From the NCBI GenBank assembly GCA_012295275.1, contig CM022677.1:9796001-9860000 (forward strand): 64,000 nt of DNA. Direction: 5' to 3'. The translations under genes were made by a program, and so were the position numbers. Position 1 is the first letter of the stretch. Every line of letters starts with the position of its first letter. This document shows positions 33,947 to 64,000 of the stretch, piece by piece. The stretch comes from Chrysomallon squamiferum (taxonomy: Eukaryota > Animalia > Mollusca). The notes beneath the pieces are model-generated. The model saw only the letters and a program-made list of their open reading frames with translations. It was not told where the DNA came from and did no database searches.

Positions 33947-34771
33947 TACTGTTTTTGGAGTATTTGTAATCAACTTACTAAAAAGTTACATATTTGTGCA
34001 GTGGGCCAGATATTACTGGAACAACAACAAGGATATTAACAATCATGTTAAAATAAAAAATAGAAAATAAATAATAAAACATAATAAAAACAACAACACC
34101 AACAATAATAAAATAACACTAATAATAATAAAATAACAATAATAGAAATATAATAATTATTATTATTATAATAACAAGAGTAATATAACAATAATAATAA
34201 TAAAAACACCAACAATAACAATAATATGACTACCTTTTATACAGAGTCCAGTTTTACAAATTTCTATGACAACATTTCTGTCCAGACCAAGACAGGGATC
34301 TGATCTGTTTGAAAGACACTTCCTTTCCAGAAACACGTACCTCTGACAGTCAGACAGACACTGACCAACATAGTGTCTTCTCCACTCTGACCACTGGCCA
34401 CTTGACAAAACTTGAAATTGTAAAATAATAACTAACAAATAAATAAATTGATAAATAAATAAATTTAAAAAAAAACAGGTCTAACATTATACAACATAAG
34501 TACAACACGCACAACTTGCAATAATTTAGATTTATTTCAATTATTTAAAAAAATATATACTAATAATTGAAATTAGTAATTTTAGAACTTTTGGATAAAA
34601 TCATCAGTAGTGGCAAATACAAGTATCAGAAGAGAATGTTTTCATTGTTATTATTATTATATTTGTATTATTAATATTTTGAAAACATAACAGAAAAAAG
34701 AAAAGAACAAATGCTAACAAAACAAAACAAAAACAAAAATATTGAATAAATAAATTATAATAAATAAATAG

Positions 34772-34816
<45 letters not shown>

Positions 34817-35013
34817 TAGAAAAAAATAAAATAAAAGGAAATAAAGAAATAAATAAATAAAAAAATAAAAATAAAAACTAAAAAAAGAAGAAGAAACCGG
34901 AAGAAACTTAATGAGCAGATACATTATAAAGTTATACAACTAAGAGCGTGATTATACAAACCACACGTGACTGAAATATGAATGAACTTGATGATCAGAT
35001 GCACAGTCTTCAT
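28909..35013 (-). CDS. Type I transmembrane protein with four thrombospondin type-1-like repeats, 344 aa
   Basis: Exons on the minus strand: 35013-34962 (MKTVHLIIKFIHISVTC, signal-like), 34410-34234, 33042-32872, 32343-32173, 31885-31715 (each WxxW...C..C.R...RxC...C...C....C, phase 1-1), 30748-30658 (hydrophobic FFSTAGVLAVISVTSAAFYY), 29110-28909 (RRYRRKK stop-transfer then cytoplasmic tail, TAG). Total 1035 nt, in frame. Probable 5' UTR exon near 35424-35490. Confidence 0.85.
29600..30637. repeat. 20-bp minisatellite GTTA(A/T)ATA(G/T)CTGTTTAT(G/A)TA, about 50 copies, in the last intron of the TSP1-like gene
   Basis: Perfect 20-nt periodicity with three variable positions. Confidence 0.95.
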
Positions 35014-35211
35014 TTATAAAACTTCTGAAATAAATTTTCTTATTTTAGTGATGTGAAATAAACACATTTTCAAAAGATTTACAAAGATTAAAAAATAAAT
35101 TAGAAATGTTAGAAATCTTTAAGAATAATTTCGTAAAAACTCTATGGAGTCTTTTGTGGGCTTTCCTGGCATATGTTTATGTGTATGTCAGTGCGTGCGT
35201 GCGTGTGTGTT

Positions 35212-35295
<84 letters not shown>

Positions 35296-36646
35296 CATTT
35301 CAAAAATAAAATAATTATATTATTAATTGAGCGAAGCTTAATTAAGAATACTTCGAACAAACCTTATTCTAATTCACTTCTAACGTTTTAAAATCTAAAT
35401 CAACAAAAAATATTCGTACTCACAACAACAATTCACTGGGAAATGGGTGAATCCAGTACATTACGTCAGAAATTTATTGGCGCCAGAAAATGAAAAACGT
35501 TTATTAATCCTGAATCCGGTTACATAATACTGGAAACTTTATATACGGCTATTAATATAATGGATGCCGACAAAATTAGCAGCTTAGAATTACAATTACT
35601 TGCAATCAAATTAAAAAAATGTTTTAGCACTGCCCGAAATATTTGCTGCTATTTAAATTTAGATTCAGTAAATCTTAAAAAATATCAAGACTCAGCACGA
35701 TATGTGAAATTCTATCTTTTTCTTTTTTTCTATTATATTTTCTTTTTTGTTGTTGTTTTTCTTAGTCACATTTCAGCCAAAAAAAATAAAATAAAAAAAT
35801 AACCAAAAAAATAAATAAAATATAATTAAATAACAAAAAAAATAAAATATAAAAAATAAATAAAAAACATAAGTAAAAAATAAATAAATAAATAGTACTA
35901 TTACTATTACGACTACAACAAGGATTACTACTATTGCAACTCCACAACAACTTATTCCGTTGGCGAAATTTCTGTTAGGTTTTCCCTTTTGAGAATAACT
36001 GATTGACAATGACATGATAAATAGAAATATCTGTAATACTACCAGTTCAAAAATGGACATTATTTTTCGGAAATGATAAAAACATATTCCCGTCAGATCT
36101 GCCGTGTTCCAGTTATGTGGAAGTTACGCTGTTCTCAAACTCTGCTACTGTTTAATAATAATAATAATAATTAAGGAATAATAATAATAAAAAATATTTA
36201 AAAATATTTAAACAAAAGAATTTTAGTTTTATCTTTACATTTCCTCCCCCCTAAATTATGTAGGCCATACACAGACACCATGAAAGGAAAACTTTAAAGT
36301 AATTATCGGTATTATCGATAATATCGTTACCTATGGCTTTCATCCAAGGGTTATCAAGAGTTACAACTTTTCTAGTGTCTCTTAAGGCGACTGACCACTA
36401 AATTTATTTTTATTACCACTTGTATATTCCATGAAACTGACAAACCCATAGAAAGGAGCACAACACACAAAACATCCAAAAGACAACGAAACACAAAACA
36501 AAAGATATAATCTTAGGAAATCACATTACCGTCAGTAATGATTCTATACATTTTAAAACTTTTTAAATAACGTCGAAAAATACGACAACAGTAGTAGACA
36601 ATATATTTACACAGTCTTGTTATTGTTCTGATTTTAAAAATATTAT

Positions 36647-36706
<60 letters not shown>

Positions 36707-37268
36707 AAGAACAAGAAGAACAAGAAGAAGAACAAAATAAGAAAATACATCAAAGTGAAATTTAAAATCAACACGTTTCTGCAAAAGTAAATTTTCTGTA
36801 ACAGATTTATCAAATATCAGTTTATATTAATGCTGGAAGTAAGGACAAAAACCAATTTTGTTTTGCCTAATGCAACGGCTAGTGTGTGTATATGTGTTGG
36901 GTACGCCCGTATACTACCGCGTGCATATATACATATATGCATATGTGAATGTGCATGAATATGTGTTTTTGTGACCGGGTATGTCACGTTGCATCTGTGT
37001 GTTCCTTTCCTTGTAATAAATCTTATTTCATGGTAATAAAGATTCTGACTCTGGGACTGTATTTCAGTAATCTCATAATAAATCAATAATGTACTGAAGT
37101 ATTTATTAGCTGAGTCAGACGATTAAAATTATAGTTCGTCAGAACTTGAAACGATTTATCTCTAACGTGTTTCATACTAATGAAACGAGCAGAACTTTAT
37201 TTAGAGTTCAGTGAAAAATCATTAATTACTTTCTTTCATGTTCAATATTAAAATCAGAATCCCCGAGA

Positions 37269-52950
<15,682 letters not shown>

Positions 52951-53057
52951 GTGAGTTTATACACATAATGTGTGTGTGTGTGTGTGTGTGTGTGATTGTA
53001 AAATGAGGGAATGAACTATGGCTACAGATATGCAATACAAGTTTTTGTTAAAATAAC

Positions 53058-53123
<66 letters not shown>

Positions 53124-53218
53124 TTTTTCCAGCAGCTCTAGTCTAAATTCTTATAAACTGTTTTTGTTTATAAATAACAATATATTAATTTTATTTCTAT
53201 GGACTATCTACTTCTGTT

Positions 53219-53300
<82 letters not shown>

Positions 53301-53523
53301 CAATAATAATGTCCTATCAGGTGTCAAGTAAACACTTTTTAATGTACAGATTATCTACATCTGTTTTTAATAATAATAATTATACTATTTTATATATGTT
53401 TCAGATAAAGTAATCTTTTAACTTACAAATATCTGTTTTAATATTAATAATAATAATAATAATCATAATTTTATATTTGATTTGAGGTAAAACAAGTTTT
53501 AAGATTCAGATTATCTACCTGTT

Positions 53524-53562
<39 letters not shown>

Positions 53563-53589
53563 GTGTGCTACTGTGATTTCAAATTTCAG

Positions 53590-54326
53590 GTAAAGAAGTT
53601 CTGACATACAGATTGCCTACCTCTGTGGTTCCACTTCATTATGACATTGAAATCAAACCAAACATCTATGGTTCAAATCCTGAAGAGTTTAATTTTGAGG
53701 GGACAGTGACAATAGAAGTAGATGTAGTAGCAGTCACTAGAAACATCACGTTGCTGGCCTGGGAGTCACTCAGCATTGATGTTGTTAGTGTTCTACAAAG
53801 TTAGTCAAATCTGTTTTTTAATCTTTTTTGTGTTACATTTAACTGATGTGTATGTGTTCTCTGTGTGTGTCTGTGTGTTATTCATTATTTTGTGTTCAGA
53901 TTTGCACATACATACTTATTGTCACTGCCATGCCTCAGTATAAACTCATTTTGTTTATGCTGTTTTTAGCTTTTTCATTATTGTTGTTATTGTAATATTA
54001 TTATTATTATTATCATTATCTGTTATTACTATTATTATTGTTGTTGTTGTTATTATTGTTACTATTTTATTATTGTGTTATTATTACTTTTATTATTATT
54101 ACTATTATTAGTATATTATGATTACTATTACTATTATTATTACTATTATTATTATTATTATTACTATTACTATTATTATTATTGTGTTATTGTTATATTA
54201 TTATTATTATTTTCATTATTATTATTATTATTATTATTATTAATATAATTATTATTGTGTTATTGTTATTATTATTATTATTATTATTGTTATTTATTAT
54301 TATTTATTATTATTGTGTTATTGTTA

Positions 54327-54357
<31 letters not shown>

Positions 54358-54952
54358 GTTATTATTATTTTTATCTGAGGACCTGGCATTGATCCTCGTT
54401 CAGTTTTCATACAAGCTATGATGCACGGAATCATTTCTTTGTAATACACCTCGACTCTGACTTACAAGTAGGAAAGAAATATGTGATCAATGCACGCTTT
54501 TCTGGACCTCTTAAACAAGATGGGATTGGACTTTATTTAGACTATTACAAGGATGGAAACAAAACAGTGTATGTATTGCAGCTGATAATACATAAAAATG
54601 TCTTAGTTAATTTTGTTTAATTTTAAATGAATTATCTTGAATTATCTGCTAATAATAAAGTATAACAGTAAAAAAAATGTTACTTATAAAATAATTAAGG
54701 TTTTTTTGTTGATAGTGTAAAATGCAAAATTAAAGATAATAATAATTTTAAAAATTATTGATTTTTTTATATTAAATTAATATTTCTTTCTTTTATTATT
54801 CAATAAAATAAAAATTAATTTACTATTATTTATTTATTTTATTTTATTTTTTTTTAATAAATATTATTCTCTTATCTCATTATATAAGTAGAATTTGTGT
54901 ACTTTTTGTTATTTTTTCTTAGACTTTTATTCTGTTTTATATTTTATTTATT

Positions 54953-54997
<45 letters not shown>

Positions 54998-56134
54998 GTT
55001 ATATTTTGTATTCTTTATTTTATTTATTTTTATTTATTTTTTTGTAATATATTATTAATATTTTCCATATTTTTGTTGCCATTTGTCTTATTTTCTAGGT
55101 CATAAATTTATTTACTGGTTCAAATGTTTTTCTTTTAATTTCTAAAGGATTTTTGTCAACAAAGTGTCTACTATTTTTATTTTATTTTTATTGTTATAAT
55201 CATTATGATTAATGTTGTTATTTATTAACTAATTATTTACATGCAGTAGAGAAAGCTGTAATGAAGCTGATGGAGTTTTGTTGATATGTCACTGCATGAA
55301 TAAGTTTTTATCTCAGTTATGTTTGCCTCAATCCTTTTATTATTGTTGTTATTATTATTATTTTCTTTTTCTTATTTTTATTATTTATTTGTTTCTTATA
55401 ATTTTTATTATTTATTTGTTATTTTTTTTATTATTATTTTTATTATTTATTTGTTAATATTATGATTATAATTATGATTATGATTATTATTATTTTTATT
55501 ATTTACAATTATTATTATTATTAATGTTATTATTGTTGTTTTTATTGTTATTGTTATTATTATTATTTCTTTTTATTATTGTTATTATTATTATTATTAT
55601 TATTTGTTATTGTTATTCATGATTATTCTTAGTATATGGTATTTTTGTTATGTTATTAATTAATTTCAGGTATCTGGTAGCCACGCAGTTAGAGCCAAAC
55701 ACAGCTTCCAAAGTTTTTCCATGTTTTGACGAGCCAGGCTACAAGTCAACGTTTGCTATAAGTCTTGTCAGACAGCAGAATTACATGTCACTGGCTAATA
55801 CACAGATTACCAGTTCAAAACAAACGTAATGTAGAAATCTTCATCTCAAAAATTATTTATTTTAATGTTAAAATATAAAGTAATTATCTATTATTTATTT
55901 GAATTTAAAGACTGTTCTATTTTTAACATCATGACATCAAAATATGATGTTGTAATATATTAACAAATATTACAGGTATTACAATGCAGAAATTTACAAA
56001 AATCATATTAATAATCTTTATTTTTAATTATCAGATATCTAGACTAAAAAAGAAAACATCTCCAAAAATAACAAAATGCTGTTTTTCACAGTAACTTGTC
56101 TGTCTTTCTCTCAGTCTGACTGTATGTCTGTCTA

Positions 56135-56167
<33 letters not shown>

Positions 56168-57010
56168 AATGTATGTATTTGTATGTATGTATGTATGTAT
56201 GTGTGTGTGTGTGTGTGTATGTATGTGTATGTGTGTATATATGTATGTATGTATATGTTTGTGTGTGTGTATGTATGTATATATGTACATATGTATGAAG
56301 TATTATGTATGTATGTCTGGATGTATGTATGTATGTCTGTATGTGTGTATGTTTATATATATATATATATGTATGTATGTGGGTATGTGTGTGTGTGTAT
56401 GTATTTATGTACGTATGTGTATGTATGTATTATGTATGTAGTTATGTAGTTATGTATGTCTGTATGTATGTAGGTATGTATGTGTATGTATGTATGTATG
56501 TATGTATGTATGTATGTATGTGTATGTATGTAGTTTTGTATGTCTGGATGTATGTACGTATGTCTATGAGTGTATGTATGTATGTATGTATGTGTATGTA
56601 TGTATGTGTATGTATGTAGTTATGTATGTCTGAATGTATGTACATATGTCTGTATGTGTGTATGTCTGTATGTATGTATGTATGTGTATGTATGTATGTA
56701 TGTAGTTATGTATGTCTGTATGTATGTCTGTATGTATGTATGTATGTGTATGTATGTATGTGTATGTATGTAGTTATGTATGTCTGTATGAATGTATGTT
56801 ATTTCACAGGTCTGATGGGTTTGTTGTGGACAGTTTTGTTACAACACCCAAGATGTCAGTGTACTTGGTGGCTCTGGCAGTTTGTGATTACAAATACCTG
56901 GAAAGTAACACTTCTACAGGAGTCCTGGTAATAATAATTAAACAACAACAGTAGCAATAATAATAATAATAATAATAATAATTTATAACAATAATAATAA
57001 CAATAACAAC

Positions 57011-57048
<38 letters not shown>

Positions 57049-57641
57049 AATTATTATTATTATGACATTAACAAGTACAATAAAAAGGAAATGAAGAAAA
57101 TTGTCATAAAATACAAATAATTATTATTAAATATTTATAATTAATTACTAAAGCTGCATTATATTTACTTTTTTATTTACTTATTTAATTTATTTTATTT
57201 TATAATTATTTTTCTCCAACAAATAAAAAAATAAAAAAATAAATTAAAGCGTTTTACATCTGATGCACCAGACTGGTTTAATAGGATGTATTATTACTGA
57301 TAACATATTTGCTCAGATTTGTTATTTTTGATCTCAGTTCAGGACCTATGCTCGACCAAATGCAATAGAGTTTGCAGAATCAGCACAGGAATATGGAATG
57401 AAAATATTTGAGACACTGGAATATCACTTCAATCCAGATTACCCAATAACTAAACTAGGTGAGTAGTAGATTATCAACTTCACAGGTACTGCTACTACTA
57501 CATAATGATGATGATTATAATCATGATGATGACGGGAATTAATCATTATAATAATGATAATAAACAACCTTATTAATAATTTTTCTGTTATTTATAAATA
57601 ATAATCATTATCACTGATGTTGCTATTATTTATTATTTTTA

Positions 57642-57692
<51 letters not shown>

Positions 57693-58331
57693 GATTATTA
57701 TTTTGCTGTGGTTGTTGCTGTTTCTATTTTTATTGTTGTTGAAGTTTTATAATATTCAAGTCTTAATATTATATATGAGGTTTTTTTTGGTTTGAATAAA
57801 TATTAAGTTCATTCCAGTTTAATAATTATTGTTTATTTATATTATCTAATCCTGAAACATAACTCATTCCTATAGAATTTTTTTTTTAAATAACAATAAT
57901 TTAAAAAGATACCCAGAAACCAAAACCACCTGAATTATCAACTCTTACTATATGTAGAAAAAAGATGATATTGTCTTCTGTAAGCAAATATGTTTTAAGC
58001 ACAGAAATACACACCAAGACTCATGTAAACACATCCACACCCCTAAACACCTGTACTTATATTGCTAACAAAACATATAAATATATGAAATACTGTGTTG
58101 GTAGACTCTTTTTTAAATATTCTCGTTAAGAATGATGACTGATTATTAGTTGATTTACTTGCAGACAGTATAGCTCTGCCATCTAAACTGGGAGCCATGG
58201 AGAACTGGGGGCTGGTGACGTATGCTGAATTTCTCCTTTACAACCCAAACACATCTTTAGCCTCCAACTTTGTCTGGATGATGACAATCAGCGCCCACGA
58301 GTTAGCTCATCAGGTCTGGTTGTTCTTATTA

Positions 58332-58380
<49 letters not shown>

Positions 58381-59642
58381 TTTGTTTGTTGTGTTGTGTT
58401 GTGTTGTGTTGTGGGTATGGGTATGTGTGAATGAGTATGTAGATTATGTACATTTTAGAATGTTGCTCTTTTGTACACACATTTGTTTTGGAGCCTTCTA
58501 ATATATCTATACCAAACTGAGAGGGTTAATAATAATAATAAAAATTATTAATAAATAAATAAATAATAACAGCAATGCTTAGAGAAAGTAAAAGTGAGAG
58601 TGAGACAGAGAGAACTGACAAGAGTTATGTGTGTTTTGTACTCAGTGGTTTGGGAACGTCGTGACGCCGAGGTGGTGGGACTGGCTGTGGCTCAGTGAGT
58701 CGTTTGCTACGTACTGGCAATACTTCACTGTTGATGAGATCCACCCTGAGTATCACCTGGTCAGTCACTTCTGTTTTAACACTCACAGGCAGACAGAGAC
58801 ATACATAAAAACATGCAATACACACACACACATTTACATACACATCCTAATACTTAATAAACATTGATAAAAAGTAAGGGGTATATTGTTATGGCACAGT
58901 TCCTGCCTGATAAAATTATGTAAAAAACAAGACTCAGAACAATGATATTTTGTAGTGAATAAGAACAGTTCATAGTTAGATGTAGGTAGAAAAAAAACAA
59001 TTAATGCTGCTTTGTACAAGCAAAACAAAGACACATATATACTGCTACAAGGCTAGTAAAAGAACAGTACTGGAATTACTAAACAGAGAACTCATTTCTA
59101 AAATTCTACTAATCACTTTCAGTTATTTTCTAATAATTTATACTATATATTCTCTTCATCATCTTGTTATTTTTGTTTTATAAATTGTACTATTTATATT
59201 CTTTAAATTTTACAGTTCTTCAGCTCATATATCTTATCAGTAAAAATATAATTAAATCTGTTACAAGTTATTTATCAGTAGACAAGTTTTTCTCTTTGAA
59301 TTGTATTTGTGTGTTTTTCTGTGTTGAGAATGTGTTTCTGTGTTTACATATTTCAGCAAGAACTCTACATTGGTCAAGAGATGTACACTGGACTAGCAAT
59401 GGACAGTGTCCAGACCTCTCATCCTATGAGCACAAATGTCACCACGATGTCAGAAATGAGTTTTGTGTTTGATCAGATAGCTTATGCAAGGGTAGGTAAC
59501 AATGGCAATGAATATTTACATTTGTTTGTAGTCAGTTTTGTCATTGACGCTAAATAAAAACTAAAGTTTGCAGCTTTTCTCTCTCTGGTTCTCTCTCATT
59601 CTCACACCCATCCCCCGATACAAGCACCCATAGCCACCGTCC

Positions 59643-59714
<72 letters not shown>

Positions 59715-60306
59715 TCACAACAGTATTTAAGAAAAGAACCAACCCATATGGTGCATTTCCATCATACTTTGCAATAATGTGTAATGAACTGATTCAACAT
59801 ACAACAAACACATCTAGACACATACAGGCACAATACAAACATATACAAATGTTTTTTGATAATTGGTTTTGAACACAGTAGTTTCAGTTTATTATTATTA
59901 TCATCATCACCATTATCATTCTTTTCTGTTAAAAAGTGTGCAGCAATGTATATGTCTTTCTGTGTATATGTGTGTATGTATTTTATATATATATATACTG
60001 GTTTTTTTTTATGGATTGCCAGTAGCAATTTCAGAACATTTATCTGAAAATAAATATAATTATGTTTTTTATAAACTTGTTCATTTTTATCATCTTTATC
60101 AGGGATCAACTGTTGTGAGGATGATGAAACTGATTATGGGCAATGAGTCATTCTTCAGAGGACTTAATGTAAGTGAACTAAGTAAATAGATAAACAACTA
60201 ATTAATCCTAATACTATTATTTCACATTAAACAGGTGTGCTTTTTTTGTTTTTTGTTTAAAGATGAAAATAGGAAATTCATCAGTATCCTATTTTAATTA
60301 TATGTG

Positions 60307-60399
<93 letters not shown>

Positions 60400-61271
60400 A
60401 TTGTAATGTGTGTACATTCACTGTATTCATTTATGTGAATATTGTCTTTAAATGTGTTGCTGCCCGAGAAAAACCAGGCTAAAGTGCAAAAGCTTTTCTT
60501 ATACAAAACTTTTAAGAATTTCATCACCTATAAATTAACCTTCACAATGGATGTGAAAATGTGGGGTGACCAGTTAGTGTCCTTGTTTTACCAAACTTGA
60601 TTCAAAATCATTTAAATAAGTAATGTTTTACACTAGTGTGACTAAATTCCTTTTGATAAAGTAGAAATAAAAGTAAAATAAAGTTATTTAAACAGGAAAA
60701 TCTTTATAATATCTCATTTTGACATAGCTTCAAATAACTGATTGTGACTCTGGTTTTCATGTATATTCATTATATTAAAATATATATATATATATATACA
60801 CATATTATTTTTTGTTTTCAGAGATATCTTGAAAGAAGACAGTATAACTCTGTTGAACCACAAGATCTTTGGGATGCTTTTAATGAGGTATGATGTACTT
60901 GATAGTCAACTTGTTTCTTCAATAGGTTTCATTAATTTGGTTGTTTTCACTATCTTTTTTGCTTATGTATTATTGTGGACTTGTTGGTTGTCTATTTTCT
61001 AATTGGTTTGTTGGTTGGCTGTGGTGATTGGCTGGTTCATTGTGTGTTGTCTAACTTGTTTGGCGAATGTGGTTGATAGTCTGATTGTTCACTGACTGTA
61101 CTGTGTGGTACATACTGAGCCATTAGATTTTGAAATGTTTACATAAAATGTGATAATTTTTATTAGTTGCAGCACCTGAACTGTTTGATGATACTGATAA
61201 TTGTAAAAATATCATTATTATTATTATTGTTATAATTAAAACTTATTACTATTACTGTTATTATTATTATT

Positions 61272-61332
<61 letters not shown>

Positions 61333-61799
61333 TTATTATTATTATTGTTTTTATTTTAAGGAGATAAATGCATCAGGACGAAAGTTTAATATGACTGATC
61401 TTATGGATCCCTGGGTTGGGCAGATGAACTATCCTGTTGTCATGGTAACGAGACCAGCTGACCACACAATACAGCTTACTCAGAGTCGCTATGTTATTGG
61501 TGATACTGACAAAGCTCCTACCGAGAAAGGCCTCTACAAGTTAATACTCACTTCTAAAATTATTCTCAAGTCTTTATAGAAAATAGGAAAGTATACCAGA
61601 AGTGTTATAAAAAAAGCAATTGTAATGGGGATGATTTTTATCTGTTAATTGTGGTGATAAAAATAACATATATACAGTGGTACCTTGACTTATTTTCAGA
61701 TAAATATTTTCAAACTTCTGCTGGAGATTAAAGTTTTCTAATTACAAGAATAGAATGATGATGATTTGTGAGCATGAGTTTGTTTGGTATTATTGTGTG

Positions 61800-61846
<47 letters not shown>

Positions 61847-62016
61847 CTCACATATTCTATCTGCAGTGTTAATAGTTTTACAATTCTACTTAGGTACAGA
61901 TGGGACATTCCAATAACTTACACCAGTTCACACGATCTGAACTTCAGTCATGTTTACAACTACGAATCTCTCAACTGGATGAAGAAAGATGGCAATCCAG
62001 GTAATACTTTTATATT

Positions 62017-62115
<99 letters not shown>

Positions 62116-64000
62116 GTATATATTATGTATATTCCTTATTTATACCATCCTTATCTGACTCTTTTTGACTCTTTCTCTCAACTCATTCACTAACCTGAGC
62201 TTTCTTTAAATACTATAAATAATGGATTTTAAAGATTCAGTGATTAACAAAAGACTGTATTTTCTTTGTTAATTCTGATCTCTGTTAATAAGAACTGTTA
62301 TTATCATAACAAAATACCCCAAACAAAACCAGCAATATTAAAAAAAAGAATAAAATTAATAATAATAATAATAATAATAAAATAATAAAGTACTAATAGA
62401 TTAGAAGCACAGTAAAACTATAATAAATAATACTGAAATATAATTTGTTTCAGTGACATTAGAAAACAGGACCAACATACCAGCCAATGGGGGAGAGTCA
62501 TGGGTCATAGTCAATGTCCAGCAGGCCGCTCTGTTCAGAGTGAACTATGAGACAGAAAACTGGAACGCTCTCATTAAACAGCTGGAAACTAACCACACGG
62601 TATTCACACAACACACCCAGTCATACACTACAGAAATATGCACACTCAGAAACCTAGCAAACAAACCACACGGTATTCACACAACACACCCAGTCATACA
62701 CTACAGAAAAATGCACAGTTAGAAACCTAGCAAACAAAACACACCATATTCACACAACACACCCAGTCGTACACTACAGAAATATGCACACTTAGAAACC
62801 TAGCAAACAAAACACACCATATTCACACAACACATCCAGTCATACACTACAGAAATATGCACACTTAGAAACCTAGCAAACAAACCACACGGTATTCACA
62901 CAACACACCCAGTCATACACTACAGAAATATGCACACTTAGAAACCTAGCAAACAAACCACACAGTATTCACACAACACACCCAGTCATACACTACAGAA
63001 ATATGCACACTTAGAAACCTAGCAAACAAACCACACGGTATTCACACAACACATCCAGTCATACACTACAGAAATATGCACACTTAGAAATCTAGCAAAC
63101 AAACCACACGATATTCACACAACACACCCAGTCATACACTACAGAAATATGCAGTTAGAAACCTAGCAAACAAACCACACGGTATTCACACAACACACCC
63201 AGTCATACACTACAGAAATATGCAGTTAGAAACCTAGCAAACAAACCACACGGTATTCACACAACACACCCAGTCATACACTACAGAAATATGCACACTT
63301 AGAAACCTAGCAAACAAAACACGTATACCTCCACACACATACAAACATATACATAGACCACAACACATGTAATCAAACACAAATATACAGACACATACAT
63401 GTACATAGACTGTCTCACACATACACATACACACATGCATAATTACATGCACACATATTTATGCAAGTTTTCTGTAAATTTAGGTTGTCTTTACTACTAA
63501 TAAAGTGTGACTAAAAAGTCACAATAAACTTTAATGAAAAAGACACAAATAAAAGTCACTGTTGACTGTTATAATTGGTGTTTTACTAAGTACATTAGCT
63601 TACCTCTTAAAGTCAGTTCTCTCAATGTCTGTATCTAATACAACTGTGTGTGTTTGTGCATGTAAATGTGTGTGTGTTTGTGTGTGTGTGCATATATATA
63701 TAGGAAGAGTTTAATTCCAAAATGCGATAAATACCAAAATCAAAATTTAAAAACAAACCCAAAACACCAAATGTTCAATTTTGATGCCACCCCATAATCG
63801 TTTTCCCCAAAATTCTATATGCACTGCTGATCTATGCAGTAGACTACAGACCTTTGTTCCATGACGTGATAAACTCTAGACCAGAAATAGTCATTTTTTT
63901 CAAAACAAACAAAATGGATTTATAGCGTTTTGGAACCAAACTCTTCTTATATATATGTTGTTATTGCAGGATATACATACCATTAACAGAGGACAGATTA
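53590..64000 (+). CDS. M1 aminopeptidase N-like protein, module 2 (intact GAMEN/HEXXH), 3'-partial; probably the same gene as module 1
   Basis: Exons 53590-53799, ~54380-54568 (5' boundary ambiguous), 55670-55825, 56810-56927, 57338-57458, 58165-58313 (GAMENWGL...AHELAHQ), 58646-58759 (WFGNVVT...WLSESFA), 59357-59491 (IAYAR), 60103-60168, 60822-60887, 61361-61539, 61894-62000, 62454-62599, 63970 to window end. Most exon lengths are identical to module 1. Confidence 0.88.
56130..56797. repeat. Degenerate (GTAT)n/(GT)n simple repeat
   Basis: Direct inspection; explains the MYVC-rich ORFs. Confidence 0.9.
62591..63322. repeat. 73-bp minisatellite, about 10 copies, derived from the donor junction of exon 62454-62599
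   Basis: Unit AACCACACG|GTATTCACACAACACACCCAGTCATACACTACAGAAATATGCACACTTAGAAACCTAGCAAACA; the first copy overlaps the exon end. Confidence 0.92.

Noticed and set aside
35424-35461. Upstream ATG (MYWIHPFPSELL) as start of the TSP1-like gene
   Set aside because: Splicing to the next exon puts it out of frame with the TSP1 repeats; the ATG at 35013 gives a continuous frame.

Overview
AT-rich, microsatellite-dense animal genomic DNA with GT-AG introns. Gene content and repeat style suggest a lophotrochozoan or mollusc-like invertebrate (inference). Most ORFs in the track are microsatellite artefacts; the real genes had to be rebuilt exon by exon by eye. Four genes were found. (1) The 3' part of a + strand gene made of 26 six-cysteine antistasin-like modules, one per phase-1 exon (464-19596). 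One exon is frameshifted and has a 46-nt antisense copy 3.5 kb downstream. (2) A C2H2 zinc-finger gene with an intronless CDS (24434-25531, +). (3) A - strand type I membrane protein with four TSP1-like repeats and a tyrosine-motif tail (35013-28909). (4) A large + strand M1 aminopeptidase-N-like gene (37269 to beyond 64000). Its first complete, membrane-anchored module has lost its catalytic motifs and appears to splice in frame into a second module with intact GAMEN/HEXXH motifs, i.e. a pseudoenzyme-enzyme tandem. Several intronic tandem repeats are amplified copies of exon-intron junctions.
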